Position numbers and translations under genes: made by a program
The notes under the pieces: generated by a model
Told to the model about the DNA's origin: nothing
The model's input: the letters and a program-made list of their open reading frames with translations, nothing else
The model's database searches: none
Assembly (NCBI RefSeq): GCF_030684315.1
Contig: NC_081379.1
Coordinates: 39,323,947-39,387,946 of the forward strand
Reading direction: 5' to 3'
From: Stegostoma tigrinum
Lineage: Eukaryota
Length of the DNA stretch: 64,000 nucleotides
In this document: piece after piece, positions 37,247-49,340 of the stretch
How positions within the stretch are numbered: position 1 is the first letter of the stretch
Layout of the letters: each line of letters opens with the position of its first letter

Positions 37247-37667
37247 TATAACTTTGGTATAAAATGTTACTTTGTACAGTATATATATGTAATGCACTCA
37301 GTTGCATGAGGCAAGCATCGATTTTTTGTTTACACTCAAAGCAGCATATTCACACTCAGGTTGCATCTCTACATTTATGTCAACAATGCAATCCACAAAC
37401 CTTAGAAAACTTTAAAAAGGGAAATACAAAATTAATTCAACTTCTTTGTATTGCACAAGATCACTACTGTAAATTATGACTGCTGTCATTTTTTGATATT
37501 GTCTCAACAATGGCTACAGAAATCAATATTATTCTATCAAATCCTGATCTCTGCAGCTGATATCTACATATCACTGACACTTTGTTGCAGGGAGGACATT
37601 ACTACAGTCACATGGATATGACGAGAAAAAGAAATTTAGGACGGAAGGATCCACTGCCATTGTCACA

Positions 37668-37820
<153 letters not shown>

Positions 37821-38119
37821 TCATTTGCATAGTTATTTAAAAATAAACAAAAACAGAACAAAGAAAATTTGATACTTCAGTCAGTAAATGGTTAATAATA
37901 AAACCTTGACTCTCTCTCCCACAATCTCACACCCAGTGCAATGCAGTCAGGGGTGCTAATTTTTCAAATTAAAATGTTGAAAACTTCAAATGGTTGCAAA
38001 TACCCCACGAGCGTTATTTGAAGAGTATGGGAGTTCCTCTGCCTGCCTTCAGCAGTATACAACCACAAAAATAATGAACAGATTATTTATCACATTGTTT
38101 GCAAGAACATTTACATAAA

Positions 38120-39440
38120 ATGACCAACACCTTCCACCCCAACCTTAAGTTCACCTGGACCATCTCTAACACCTCCCTCACCTTACTGGACCCCTCTGTC
38201 TCCATCTCAGGCAATCACCTGGAAACTGATATCCATTTCAAGCCCACCGACTCGCACAGCTGCCTAGAATACACCTCCTCCCACCCACCCTCCTGCAAAA
38301 ATGACATTCCCTATTCCCAATTCCTTCGCCTCCGCCGAATCTGCTCCCAGGATGAGGCACTTCACTCCCGTAAATCTCAGATGTCCTCGTTTTTTCAAGG
38401 ACCGCAACAGCCCCCCTGCAGTGGTCGATAGCGCCCTCGACCGTGTCCCTCGCATTTCCCACAACTCATCCCTCACACCCCGTCCCCGCAACAACAACCA
38501 AAACAGAATCCCCCTCGTCCTCGGGTACCACCCCACCAACCTCCGGATCTAACGCGTCATCCTCCGACACTGCCGCCATCTGCAATCCGACCCCAACCCC
38601 AAAGATATTTATCCACCCCCCATCCCTTGTCTGCCTTCCAGAGGGACCACTCTCTCTGTAACTCTCTTGTCCACTCCACACTCCCCGCCAACCCCATGAC
38701 ACCTGGCACTTTTCCCCGCAACTGCAGGAAGTGCTACACCTGACCCCACACCTCCCCCCTCACTCCCATCCCAGGCGCCAAGAAAATTTTCCACATCAAG
38801 CAGACGTACACCTGCACATATGCCAATGTGGTACACTGCATCCGCTGTTCTCATTGTGGCCTCCTCTACATTGGGGAAACCAAGCGGAGGCTTGGAGACC
38901 GCTTTGCAGAACACCTCCGCTCAGTTCGCAATAAACAGCTGCACCTCCCAGTTGCAAACCATTTCCACTCCCCCTCCCATTCTTTAGATGACATGTCCAT
39001 CATGGGCCTCCTGCAGTGCCACAACGATGCCACCCGAAGGTTGCAGGAACAGCAACTCATATTCCGCTTGGGAACCCTGCGGCCCAATGGTGTCAATGTG
39101 GATTGCACAAGCTTCAAAATCTCCCCTCCACGTACCGCATCCCAAAACTAGCCCAGCTCATCCCCACCTCCCTAACCTGTTCGTCCTCTCACCCATCCCC
39201 TCCTCCCACCTCAAGCCCCACCCCCATCTCCTACCTACTAACCTCACCCACCGCCATGACCTGTCCGTCCTCCCTGGACTGACTTAACTCCTCCCTAACC
39301 TCTCCACTTACACTCACCTTTACTGGCTCCATCCCCGCCACTTTGACTTGTCTGTCTCCTCTCCACCTATCTTCTCCTCTATCCATCTTCGATCCGCCTC
39401 ACCCTCTCTCCCTATTTATTTCAGAACCCCCTTCCCCCTC
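38120..39440 (+). mobile_element. Penelope-like element (RT C-terminus and GIY-YIG) in the TRIAP1 intron
   Basis: TNTFHPNLKFTWTIS...KPTDSHSCLEYTSSHP...IPYSQFLRLRRICS and VHCIRCSHCGLLYIGETKRRLGDRFAEHLRS. Frameshifted. Confidence 0.9.
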
Positions 39441-39470
39441 CCCTCCCCCCCCCTCTCCCCTCCCCCCCCC

Positions 39471-39984
39471 NNNNNNNNNNNNNNNNNNNNNNNNNNNNNN
39501 NNNNNNNNNNNNNNNNNNNNNNNNNNNNNNNNNNNNNNNNNNNNNNNNNNNNNNNNNNNNNNNNNNNNNNNNNNNNNNNNNNNNNNNNNNNNNNNNNNNN
39601 NNNNNNNNNNNNNNNNNNNNNNNNNNNNNNNNNNNNNNNNNNNNNNNNNNNNNNNNNNNNNNNNNNNNNNNNNNNNNNNNNNNNNNNNNNNNNNNNNNNN
39701 NNNNNNNNNNNNNNNNNNNNNNNNNNNNNNNNNNNNNNNNNNNNNNNNNNNNNNNNNNNNNNNNNNNNNNNNNNNNNNNNNNNNNNNNNNNNNNNNNNNN
39801 NNNNNNNNNNNNNNNNNNNNNNNNNNNNNNNNNNNNNNNNNNNNNNNNNNNNNNNNNNNNNNNNNNNNNNNNNNNNNNNNNNNNNNNNNNNNNNNNNNNN
39901 NNNNNNNNNNNNNNNNNNNNNNNNNNNNNNNNNNNNNNNNNNNNNNNNNNNNNNNNNNNNNNNNNNNNNNNNNNNNNNNNNNNN
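39471..39984. other. Assembly gap (514 N) flanked by C/T-only tracts
   Basis: Run of n characters; polypyrimidine at ~39430-39470 and ~39985-40095. Confidence 1.
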
Positions 39985-40098
39985 CCCCCTCTTCCCCTCT
40001 TCCTCTCTCCCTCCCTCCCCCTCTCCCCCTCTTCCTCCCTCCCCCTCTTCCTCTCTCTCCCTCCCCCTCTTCCTCTCTCTCCCCCTCTTCCTCTTTCA

Positions 40099-40284
<186 letters not shown>

Positions 40285-40290
40285 TCACAG

Positions 40291-40332
40291 CCCACGTGAC
40301 ACCTACCGCCAAAGGCGGGCGGGCTCCGCCCC
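40291..40332 (-). promoter_or_regulatory. TRIAP1 proximal promoter/5' leader motifs: E-box (GTCACGTGG) and GC boxes
   Basis: cacgtgac at 40293-40300; ggcgggcggg and ccgcccc at 40314-40332. Confidence 0.5.
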
Positions 40333-40615
40333 GCCATCATTAATACTGGCAAATGCAGTGTCGCACCTGGGAGGCGCCATCATTGATATTGGTGAACCCT
40401 GACATACTCCCGCAAGGTGTCATCATTGATACTGGCAAACTCTGCCCTCAAACCGCGAAGCGCCATCGTTCACACCGGCAAACAATCCCCATTCCACACA
40501 CAAGGGACGCTGTCATTGATATTGGCATCTAGCACCCACACCCCGGGGTGCCATTGTTGATATTGGCAAATCGCCTCACCGACACCCGGAAGACGCCATC
40601 ATTGAGACTGGCACT
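40333..40615. repeat. Seven-copy conserved 21-bp motif (GCCATCATTGATACTGGCAAA consensus) with divergent spacers
   Basis: Copies start at 40333, 40376, 40419, 40462, 40509, 40550 and 40595. Confidence 0.85.
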
Positions 40616-40900
40616 GGCCATGTGTTCTGCGATGTGTGGGATTTGGCCCGTTCTTTTCCTCTCTCTCTGCGCTGCACCAGTTTCCCACCCTCGTTTATTT
40701 TATCTGCGGCAAAGCTGTCTGTGCTGAGAGCTGGTGGGAGGAAGGCTCCGGGCTGTCAATCATGCTCAATTGCCAACCTCCCGATCACCAGGACATCTCC
40801 TTTTCCAGGAGAAATCAATGGGTTTGAAGTCAAAGAGACGCCGGATCAGCAGACCACAACTTAAGACTCCATTAAAATTTAATGCGAAAATTGAGAGCGG

Positions 40901-40909
40901 AAAAAAAAA
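40901..40909 (-). terminator. Pol III terminator (T9) of the tRNA-Lys gene
   Basis: Run of 9 A on + (T on -), 5 nt after the tRNA 3' end. Confidence 0.85.
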
Positions 40910-40914
40910 CCTAA

Positions 40915-40987
40915 CGCCCGAACAGGGACTTGAACCCTGGACCCTCAGATTAAAAGTCTGATGCTCTACCGACTGAGCTATCCGGGC
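40915..40987 (-). tRNA. tRNA-Lys, anticodon TTT (tRNA-Lys3 type)
   Basis: GCCCGGATAGCTCAGTCGGTAGAGCATCAGACTTTTAATCTGAGGGTCCAGGGTTCAAGTCCCTGTTCGGGCG. 73 nt, full cloverleaf, canonical vertebrate sequence. Confidence 0.98.
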
Positions 40988-41469
40988 CCTGAAGTCAAAT
41001 CTCACTACATTTCATTACAGCTCAGAAACTAGTCTTCTCCTGTCAAGAATATGTTTTTGTCTATTTCATTTGTTTGTCCAGTTTCCCCTCTAAGACCCCC
41101 ATGTTATAGAACAGCCTCCCTAAAAAATTTACACGTTTACTCTCCTAATTACTGTCTGGATAAGACATTCTCCTGGATTTCTTGTTGCGTATCATATTTA
41201 CAGCCTGATCTCCTGCTCATAACTTAAAGGCTCTATCCTATCTGGTGCGCGTTCAGACAAACTCTGGGTCTGGCACCAGACTATGGAGCAACTTTTTCAA
41301 AATCAAATTTAAACACAATAAACCAAAATGAATTAAATTATAGAGCAGCAGGGCACTGCAACGGATCTCAAATGTTCAAATTAAACCTGTAAAATTGAAA
41401 TTAAAATGTTATTTTGGGTGGTGAGAATGCACTCCAGCCCCAGTGATGCTCATGGTTGAGGAAGTTTTT

Positions 41470-42160
41470 CTTCATTTATTCATTTATGGGATTGTGGGTG
41501 TTTCTGACTGGCCTGCATTTATTGCCCCTCCCAAGCTGTCCTTGAGAACGTGGTATTGAGCTGCCTTCATCAACCGCTGCAATTCACCTGCTGTGGTTGA
41601 CCTGCAAAGTTTGTCAGGGAGGGAATTCCAGGATTTTGACCTAGCGACAGTGAAGTAACAGCGATATATTTCCAAGTCAGGATGGTGAGTGGCTTGGAGG
41701 GAAACTTGTATATACCTACTGCCATTGTCCTTCTAGATGGAAGTGGTGGTGGGCTTGGAAGATGCTGTCTAAGGATTTCTGGTTAATTTCTGCAGTGTAT
41801 CTTGTAGATACACACTGCTGCTACTGAGTGTTGGCGGTGGAGGGAGTCAACACTTGTGAATGTATTTCCAATCAAGTCAGCTGCTTTGTCCTGAATAATG
41901 TTAAGCTTCTTGAATGTTGTTGGGGCTGCACTCATCCAGGCAAGTGGGGAGTGTTCCATCACACTCCTGACCTGTGCCTTGTAGATAGTGGACAGGCTCT
42001 AGGGAGTCAGGAGGTGAGTTACTCGCTGCAGTATTCCTGGCGTCTGACCGGCTCTTGTAGCCACTGTGTTTATGTGGTGAGTCCAGCTGAGTTTCTACTC
42101 AATGATAATCTCCAAGATGTTGATAGTGGGGTAGTCAGTGACGGTGTCACCATTGAATGT
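41470..42160 (-). mobile_element. CR1/L2-group LINE 3' end
   Basis: Matches 49830-50530 (VARSKSWNSLP...KAAQYHVLK). Confidence 0.8.
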
Positions 42161-42977
42161 CAGTGTTCCAGCAGATGCTCTGTGTTCCCTCTCCAAGGAC
42201 AACCAGGCATTAACATCCCAGGGAAAGGATGAAAATGTCCTGACTGGATTCTGCTTAGGCCTGTTTGTGCCCCATCTCTCCCCCTGCCCGCTGCTGTCTG
42301 GTGTCTCCTCTCTTCTCCCTCCTACTCTGACAGTTTTTACTGAGGGTTTGTGTCAATTCTCAAAATGGGATGAAAGTAGGACAAAGTTTGGAAGCTCTGT
42401 CCTAAGCCATTTTGCCACCAAGTCTAGATGGCATTGTCATCGTAGGTGGTGCTTAAAGCCCTCCTTAGTATTAACCCATTCAAACCCTTACACCATATAG
42501 AACACCATGCACCAAGTCCTCCAACCTGCTTGCCACTTCTCACTCTGTCACATCATTGGGATGAACCCGGCATTTGGAGTGATTTCTTTCCAATTTGTCC
42601 ATCCCAACATTCACTTCCATTTAAAAAACTGTGTTTCTTTCTTTTTGTTGTTTGATGCTCAGTAAGCCCATAGCAATAATAGACCTGCCTCTGTCCTAAG
42701 ACAATGTGTGCTGCTGGGCAAGCGTTTGCCAATTTGTAAGCAATGTGCCTTCAAATCCAGCAATGTTTATTTCGAGAGAAGCAGCGTTAATATTTCAGAT
42801 CAGTCAACCTTCCGTCCATCAAAGGGTAGGTATCAGATAACAAACCTGTAATGTTAACCTTACACTTGTCTCTACACTGAAGCTGAGGGATTTCAGTATT
42901 TTTGGTTTGTCAATGTCATGCTTTTCATCAGTTATAGTTCACTAACCTTAACAATGCGAGGCACTCAAAATATATCC

Positions 42978-44295
42978 TGAAATAACTCCACAAAGGCTGG
43001 GTATTCTGTCACCAACTCTCCCTTTATTTACACGTGGAAAGTGCTTGACACTGGTCCGGCTCCTCCGGAACCAGCTCTCAGAGTGAGCAAAATGTCGGGC
43101 ACTCCTGTTAATATCTGTCAGCCAGGGCTCCCTGATTGGACCAGGTTAACAGCCCCAATCAGGGAACGCATACTCTACGAGGTCCACCTGTCTGTATAAT
43201 TAGTACATCCCTTCCACTCTGAGTCCAAGGACATAGTCCTACCCTTTTTTGGTAGCTCTTCCTGGGGTGTTATAGCACTGGGATAGGTTCTTCCAACTCT
43301 GTCTCTGATAATGCACTTCTTGCACCCAGCCCATCCTAGAAGAAATTCAAAGTCTTCTTTAGGCGGCAAAGACTTCAAGGTGGTGACATCCTCTGTGTCC
43401 ATCTCAGATTCTGAAGTATCTACTACACCTGATGGAGGAGATGAACCCATGGGTTCTGGAACAGTCAGAAAGGCATTCGAGGAGCCAGGCACATTTTGCT
43501 CTCGCACTATTTTACAAATTTGCAGCTTCCACACGGCCCACTTGCTTGTTTAGGACTGTCGTACCTACCTGAACTTTGCATGTCACTGGAACTGACCTCG
43601 TGTCGACAAGCCCTTACTCATGCAGGGCGATTGCCGTGGTTCCTATACCAAACTTCATCCCCTGAAGTAAAATGTCTCTCTTGCTTAGAGGAGTCTTGTA
43701 TCTGGCACCGGCGTTCCTTATGCCATTTCACTCACGCTGATTTAACCTAGTGTTGAGTCTTCTCCCCATTGGTAACTCTGCTGGAACTATCCCTGTAATT
43801 GAAAAAGGGGTGGTCCTATAATCAAATAAGAACTGAGACAGTTTGGTATTGAGAGTGAAGCAGTAGGCTGTTTCTTTAAGCCTGCCTTCAAAGTTTGGAC
43901 TGGTCTTTCTGCCAGACCATTGGACGATCAATGGTATGGAGCTGTCCTTACATGCTGAATGCCATTCAACTTTAGGAAATACTCGAACTCCCTGCTGATA
44001 AACGACGATCCGTTGTCTGGGACCAACATCTCCAGGAGCCGGCGTAATGCAAAAGATGCGCAGTTTCTGTGTTTGACGAATGAACTCTTTGCACATCCAG
44101 CCACTTGGAGTGGGCATCTGCAGTGACTAAGAACATTCAGACCGTGAGAGGACCTGCATAGTCAATGTGTAATTGAGTCCAGGCTTACCCAGCTATTCCC
44201 ACAAATGTCAGGGAGCTGCTGGCGGTAATTTTTGTCAGATTTACAGCCCCAATATCATATGAGCCCATCAGGCTGACCTCATTACAGTCACTACA
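42978..44295 (-). mobile_element. Gypsy LTR retrotransposon remnant (integrase, 3' LTR 42978-43207, short LTR-like piece ~44240-44295)
   Basis: Minus strand near 44200 reads WTQLHIDYAGP...MFLVTADAHSKWLDV (rve integrase), then FLFDYRTTPFSITGIVPAEL. A purine tract precedes a TG...CA LTR that contains AATAAA. Confidence 0.8.
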
Positions 44296-45224
44296 TATTC
44301 CATGTTATGAGACAGAACAACATACAAGTGAATTATATTTTGTTTAAAACAGTTTTTACATTGAATTTAATGGAATATGTTGGATAGAAACACCATTTTG
44401 GTAAACTAGTTATACGCTGGAAGGGAAATGAAATTTTTTTGAAAAATTAGCAGAAGCAGGATTTGAACACTGTGGTTGTGCCAGAGATCAATTTTCAGGT
44501 GTACAAGTCAGGCCAGGTTGCATCATTCCCAAGTTTTCCTGTTTTTCCCTTCTGCTATTCCACACATCATTCCGTCTACTTCATCTCAGTCTTTGAGTAT
44601 TTTGTATTGAAACAATGGCCTGTTTTTGGGAAGTCTGTGAGATGCAGCTTGACAACAGGCCATGATAAGCAGAAAGTTGTACACAAGACCATCAAATCCT
44701 GCAAACCTGTGGTTATAAATCATCACTTCGAGATGTGGCTGAAAAACATCAGGAGGAAATGGAACTTGAAGGAACGATGGCCCGATTCAATTCCCTTGGT
44801 GCAGATTCTTTGTTATAATAAAATGGGTTTCTGGCTTGTCTAAATTATAACTAAACTTGCTTTTGTGCAAGAAAAATAGCAGGGATTCATTTCAGGTGTC
44901 ATGACAACTAATGAATCTATGATTGTACTTTACTGTACAATTTCAGTTAAGCACGTTACCGTGAAATGTTCAAATTCACTTGTCTATAAAAGAAAAGAAA
45001 GCGTCACAAGTCTAGATCATTGTCTTCTTCTGAATTGGGTTTGTGTTCTGAGTCGTTTTGGCAGTTGTAATTTTACTGCTCAGTCTTTGTGAATAAAGGG
45101 ATTAACAGATAGCTTAAAAGCATTCCTGCATCCAGAATGTCTCGACACAATATTATAAAGCATTCTGTTGTAACTGCTGTAAAAAGGAATTTGATGGTTA
45201 GTTCAGTTTGTAATTTCTATATGG

Positions 45225-45800
45225 TCATAGAGTCATGGAATTGTACAGCCAGGAAACAGGCCCTTCAGTCCAACTCATTTATGCCATTCAGATATCCTAG
45301 ATTAATCTAGTCCCATTTGCCAGCATGTAGTCCATATCCCTCTAAACCCTGTCCATATACCCATCTCGATGCCTTTTAAATGTTGTAATTGTACCAGCAT
45401 CCACCACTCCCTCTGGCAACTCATTCCATACATGCAACACTCTGTGTGAAAAAGTTTTCTCTTAGGTTCCTTTTAAATCCTTGCCCTCTCATCTCAAACC
45501 CTAGTTTCGGACTCCCCCCACCCTAGGTAAAAGACCTTGCCGATTCTCCCTATCCATGCCCCTCGTGATTTTGCAAACCTCTACAAGGTCACCCCTCACC
45601 CTCTGAAACTCGAGACTGAAAGGCCCCAGCTAATTCAATCTCTCCCTATGGCTCAAACTCTTAAACCCCAGCAACATCCTCATAAATCATTTCTGCACCC
45701 TCTCAAGTTTAACAACATCTTTCCTATAGCGGGAGACTGGTATGCAGTATTCCAAAACCAGTCCAACCAATGACCTGGACAGCCGCAACATGACATCCCA
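45225..45800 (-). mobile_element. CR1/HER1-type LINE 3' end
   Basis: Reverse complement of the 10100-10700 family. Confidence 0.8.
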
Positions 45801-46839
45801 GGTGAGTCAAATCCAGAATGCAGCTGTCACTTATATTCTGAGCTATACAATAAATTTGGTTTGTGGCCATTAACAGGCCCAGGCAGTAGAGAGTGTCGTA
45901 TCTGCTGAGTGTTTGTACCTCTTCCACAGTTATGTTCTTGCCCAGGTATCCTTGGAGAGGGAACATGTGGTTTACATCAATGCCTTTGATGCCTTTAGAG
46001 AGAGGTGGGCATCTGGGGGGGATACAATGCTTTATCTCTCCCTCCCCCCCTCCCTCACCTTTGCTCCTAATAAGCTTTGTACATAAATTATTCAATTAGA
46101 AAACATGGTAACTTACTAGGGGTGGTCAACAGATGAAAAGATACCACAGGTGATTTGATGACCAGGAGAAACAGGTTCAGTTCTGTGCAAGAGAACTTCT
46201 GGATGTAAAAATAAATAAATTGTTCATGAATTCAGAAGTCAATGTGAACATCTTTACTCAAATAATAGTGAGGATATGGAACTCAATATCTAAGGGAATG
46301 TTTAAGTAAATTGATGCATTTAACAGGAAGCCAGACAAGCATTTGATCCAAAGAAAATGAAATAGAGGGTTGCAACTGTAGAGTTAGATGAGGGAATTTG
46401 GGGGGATGCTTGAGTGAGGCATAACACAGTATGGACTGGATGAGCTGAATTTCCTGGTTCTGTGTTGTTTGTCATCTGTAACCTATGGAGCGGGAGAATC
46501 TCAAAAGAGGTTGGATAATTCACAAGAAAAGACAGCTGGAAAACTAGCCAGGAGACTGTTTAAAAAGAAACAACTGATTGGATTTAACGAAAAGTGTTGT
46601 AGATTGTCTTGAACATTTGCTGAATGAATGCTGTTTTGTGTCACGAAGGTGTGATGGATATTTTTGAGTAATCAACATACTGGGTTGAAGAGGTTACTTG
46701 TTTGCGCTGTCTGAGCAACTGTATTAATGTCACTGAGGAGAACACAGGCTCTGGTTCAATGGCTCTCACTCTAACTATCCAAGCTAACTTATCAATTAAA
46801 AGCTTTGAAAATAAAACTGAACCATCGCATTGCAGCACA

Positions 46840-47005
46840 GCTAAAGATGTGCAGGCTAGGTGGATCGGCCATGCTAAATTGCCCGTAGAGTTCAGGGGTG
46901 TGTGGGTTATAGGGGGATGGGTCTGGGTGGGATGTTCCAAGGGGCGGTGTGGACTTGTTGGGCTGAAGGGCCTGTTTCCACACTGTAGGGAATCTAATCT
47001 AATCT
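46840..47005 (+). mobile_element. HE1-like SINE 3' half
   Basis: aaagatgtgcaggctaggtggatcggccatgctaaattgcc ... gtagggaatctaatctaatc. Confidence 0.75.
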
Positions 47006-47229
47006 AAAGTGGGACAAACATTAACAACTTCCAAAGCAGCCATTTAAAGTTGCTGAAGAAAGTATCTGTATTATCACAGATAAAGAAATAAAAACAATGG
47101 AGGAAAGAAAGACAAAGGAAGCCAGTGCCAACATGAGGATGAAATGTAGGGATTGGAATTTGAGGGGGAAAGGGTACAAAGAAGAAAAGGGACAAACATG
47201 AGGATGATACAAAGTACAATTCTGTTTAA

Positions 47230-48470
47230 AGCTTTTGAGAAGATTTGTAGCTCGGGTTGTGATCGAGGTTGTAGACTTGCTCGCCGAGCCGCTGTGTTTG
47301 GTTGTAGATGTTTTCTCACCCTGCTAGGTAACATCATCGGCACACCTCCGGTGAAGTGTTGGTGTTCTGTCCCGCTTGTAATTAACATGCCTCGGTTTGC
47401 TGGGGCAGTTGCTATTACTCCCGGTTCTGTTTCTCAGTGGTTTGTATATTGGGTCCAATTCACTGTGTTTGTTGATGGCGTTCTGGTAGAAATGCCAGGT
47501 CTCCAGGAATTCCCCGGCATGTCTCTGTTTGGCTCGTGCTATTACGGATGTGTTGTCCCAGTCGCATTTGTGTCCTTCTTTGTCCATGTGTAGTGAAACA
47601 AGTGAGAACTGGTCGTGTCTCTTGGTGGCTGTTTGGTGTCGTGTATCCTTACTATCAGTTTTCTTCCAGTTCGGCTTAAGTAACATTTCTCACAGGCCTT
47701 GCATGGTATTTTGTATGTTACCTTAGTTTTACTGGTTGTGGGTATGGGATCCTTTCCATTAGTCAGTAGCTGTCGCAGGGTGGTTGTCAGTTTGTGGGCT
47801 GCCCTGATACCTAGGGATCTGAGTAGTCGTGGTCATCTCTGATATATGGTAGGCTGACTGGCGTATCTGGCCGTGTTGTGTCTTCCTGATGTGGTCTGGC
47901 ACAGAGGTAATGGTGGATTGTGCTTTTTGGGTATCTATTCCTTTTAAAGACTCTGTATAAGTGCCCCCCGTTCTGCTTTGCTTGGTTCACGGTTGCTGCA
48001 GGGTATTGTGGTCCGTTTGAATAATGTCCTGATGCAGCTCTGTTTGTGTGTGTTGGGCTGGTTGCTGGTGTAATTGAGGATCTGGTCCATATGTGTGGTC
48101 TTTCTGTATACGCCAGTCTGGAGATCTCCGTTGTTTTTGTGTTTTACCATTATGTCTAGGAAGGGTGGTCAGTTCTTGTTCTCTTCTTCTTTGGTGAATT
48201 TTATCCCAGTGAGAATGTTGTTTATGTCTCAGTGGGCTTCCTCTAGTCATGTGTGTTTGATAATCACAAGGGTGTTGTCTACATATGACACAGAGTTAGG
48301 GTTGGATAGTGGGGAGCACTGTCCTTTCTAACCTTTGCATTACTGCTTCAGCTATCAGTCCTGCAGAACACCGACACTTCACTGGAGGTGTACTGACGAT
48401 GCTACCTAGCAGGGTGACAAAATGTCTGCAACTAAACACACCGGCTCAGCGAGCAAGTCTACAACCTCAT
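47230..48470 (-). mobile_element. Penelope (Poseidon-type) element remnant with an inverted terminal repeat
   Basis: VYRKTTHMDQILNYTSNQPNTHKQSCIRTLFKR (RT thumb) and HMDKEGHKCDWDNTSVIARAKQRHAGEFLETWH (GIY-YIG end). ~47265-47368 is the inverted copy of ~48364-48468. Confidence 0.85.
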
Positions 48471-48714
48471 CCAGTTATATTGTTGGCGTAAAGTGGAGTT
48501 CAAAGGGTTATGATTGCAATGGTGAGTGAAGATCTAAGTACTCCCCCAGAGATCTGAATATATTACATAAAATAGTTTATTGTAATGCCAGAGCTTTTCA
48601 AACAGGTCATGGCTTGTGTAGTGTAGAGAAGAGGTCTTCCTGCCAGATGCTTGATATATGTCTGAAGCCTCACTGTTTTTACACGCTGCTCTTGAGACAG
48701 CAAGAATCCCACCA

Positions 48715-48975
48715 TGGCTGATGGTGGAATTTGATTTCAATAAATATCTGAAATTAAAAACCTATTGATAACCGTGAATCCATTTTCAATTGTTGGAAAA
48801 GCCCATCTAGTTCACTGATGTCTTCTAGGGAAGCAAACCGACATCCTTACCTGGTCTGGCCTACATGTGACTCCAGACCCACAGCGATGTGGTTGACTCT
48901 CAACTGCCCTCTGGGTAATTCGGAATGGTCAATAAATCCAGCCTGGCCAGCAGTGGCCTCATTTCCATGAATGAA
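48715..48975 (+). mobile_element. tRNA-derived SINE (possibly SacSINE1-like)
   Basis: Reverse complement of the 19430-19760 core. Confidence 0.6.
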
Positions 48976-49079
48976 TAAAAGAAAACTGTCAACTCCCCCC
49001 ACTTCTGCCATGTAGCTTTGCAAAGCAGCAAAAGATGCAATTGTTAATGTTAAAGTTTGTTACTAATTTGCTCCCTGAT

Positions 49080-49340
49080 ACAGGACTTTGTTGTTCCACT
49101 GGCTGTTCCCAAGAACACACATCATAACAAACATCTTCAGCAACTGCTGGAGGGCCACTGACTCGCTGAAATTCACCTCTTCTGCTTCTCGAAAAGTTGT
49201 TGGTCTTCCAATACAAGGAACCGCTGATGTCAGTGCTACAGATGGGAATATGCTAAAGTTCAGGACCATGTGCTAGGGACTGCACCAAGCTTTGAGGCAG
49301 CCATGCAAGCGTTCAATGGGAAAAGGCTACAATTTGATGA
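49080..49340 (+). mobile_element. Tx1/L1-like LINE ORF2 3' fragment
   Basis: WLFPRTHIITNIFSNCWR and (LL)VFQYKE...KVQDHVLG resemble Tx1-clade C-termini. Decayed. Confidence 0.45.

Noticed and set aside
40333-40615. CRISPR array
   Set aside because: Vertebrate promoter context, degenerate repeats, short compositionally similar spacers and no cas genes. Kept only as a motif array.
40734-41005. ORFs overlapping the tRNA
   Set aside because: Spurious translations of tRNA-Lys.
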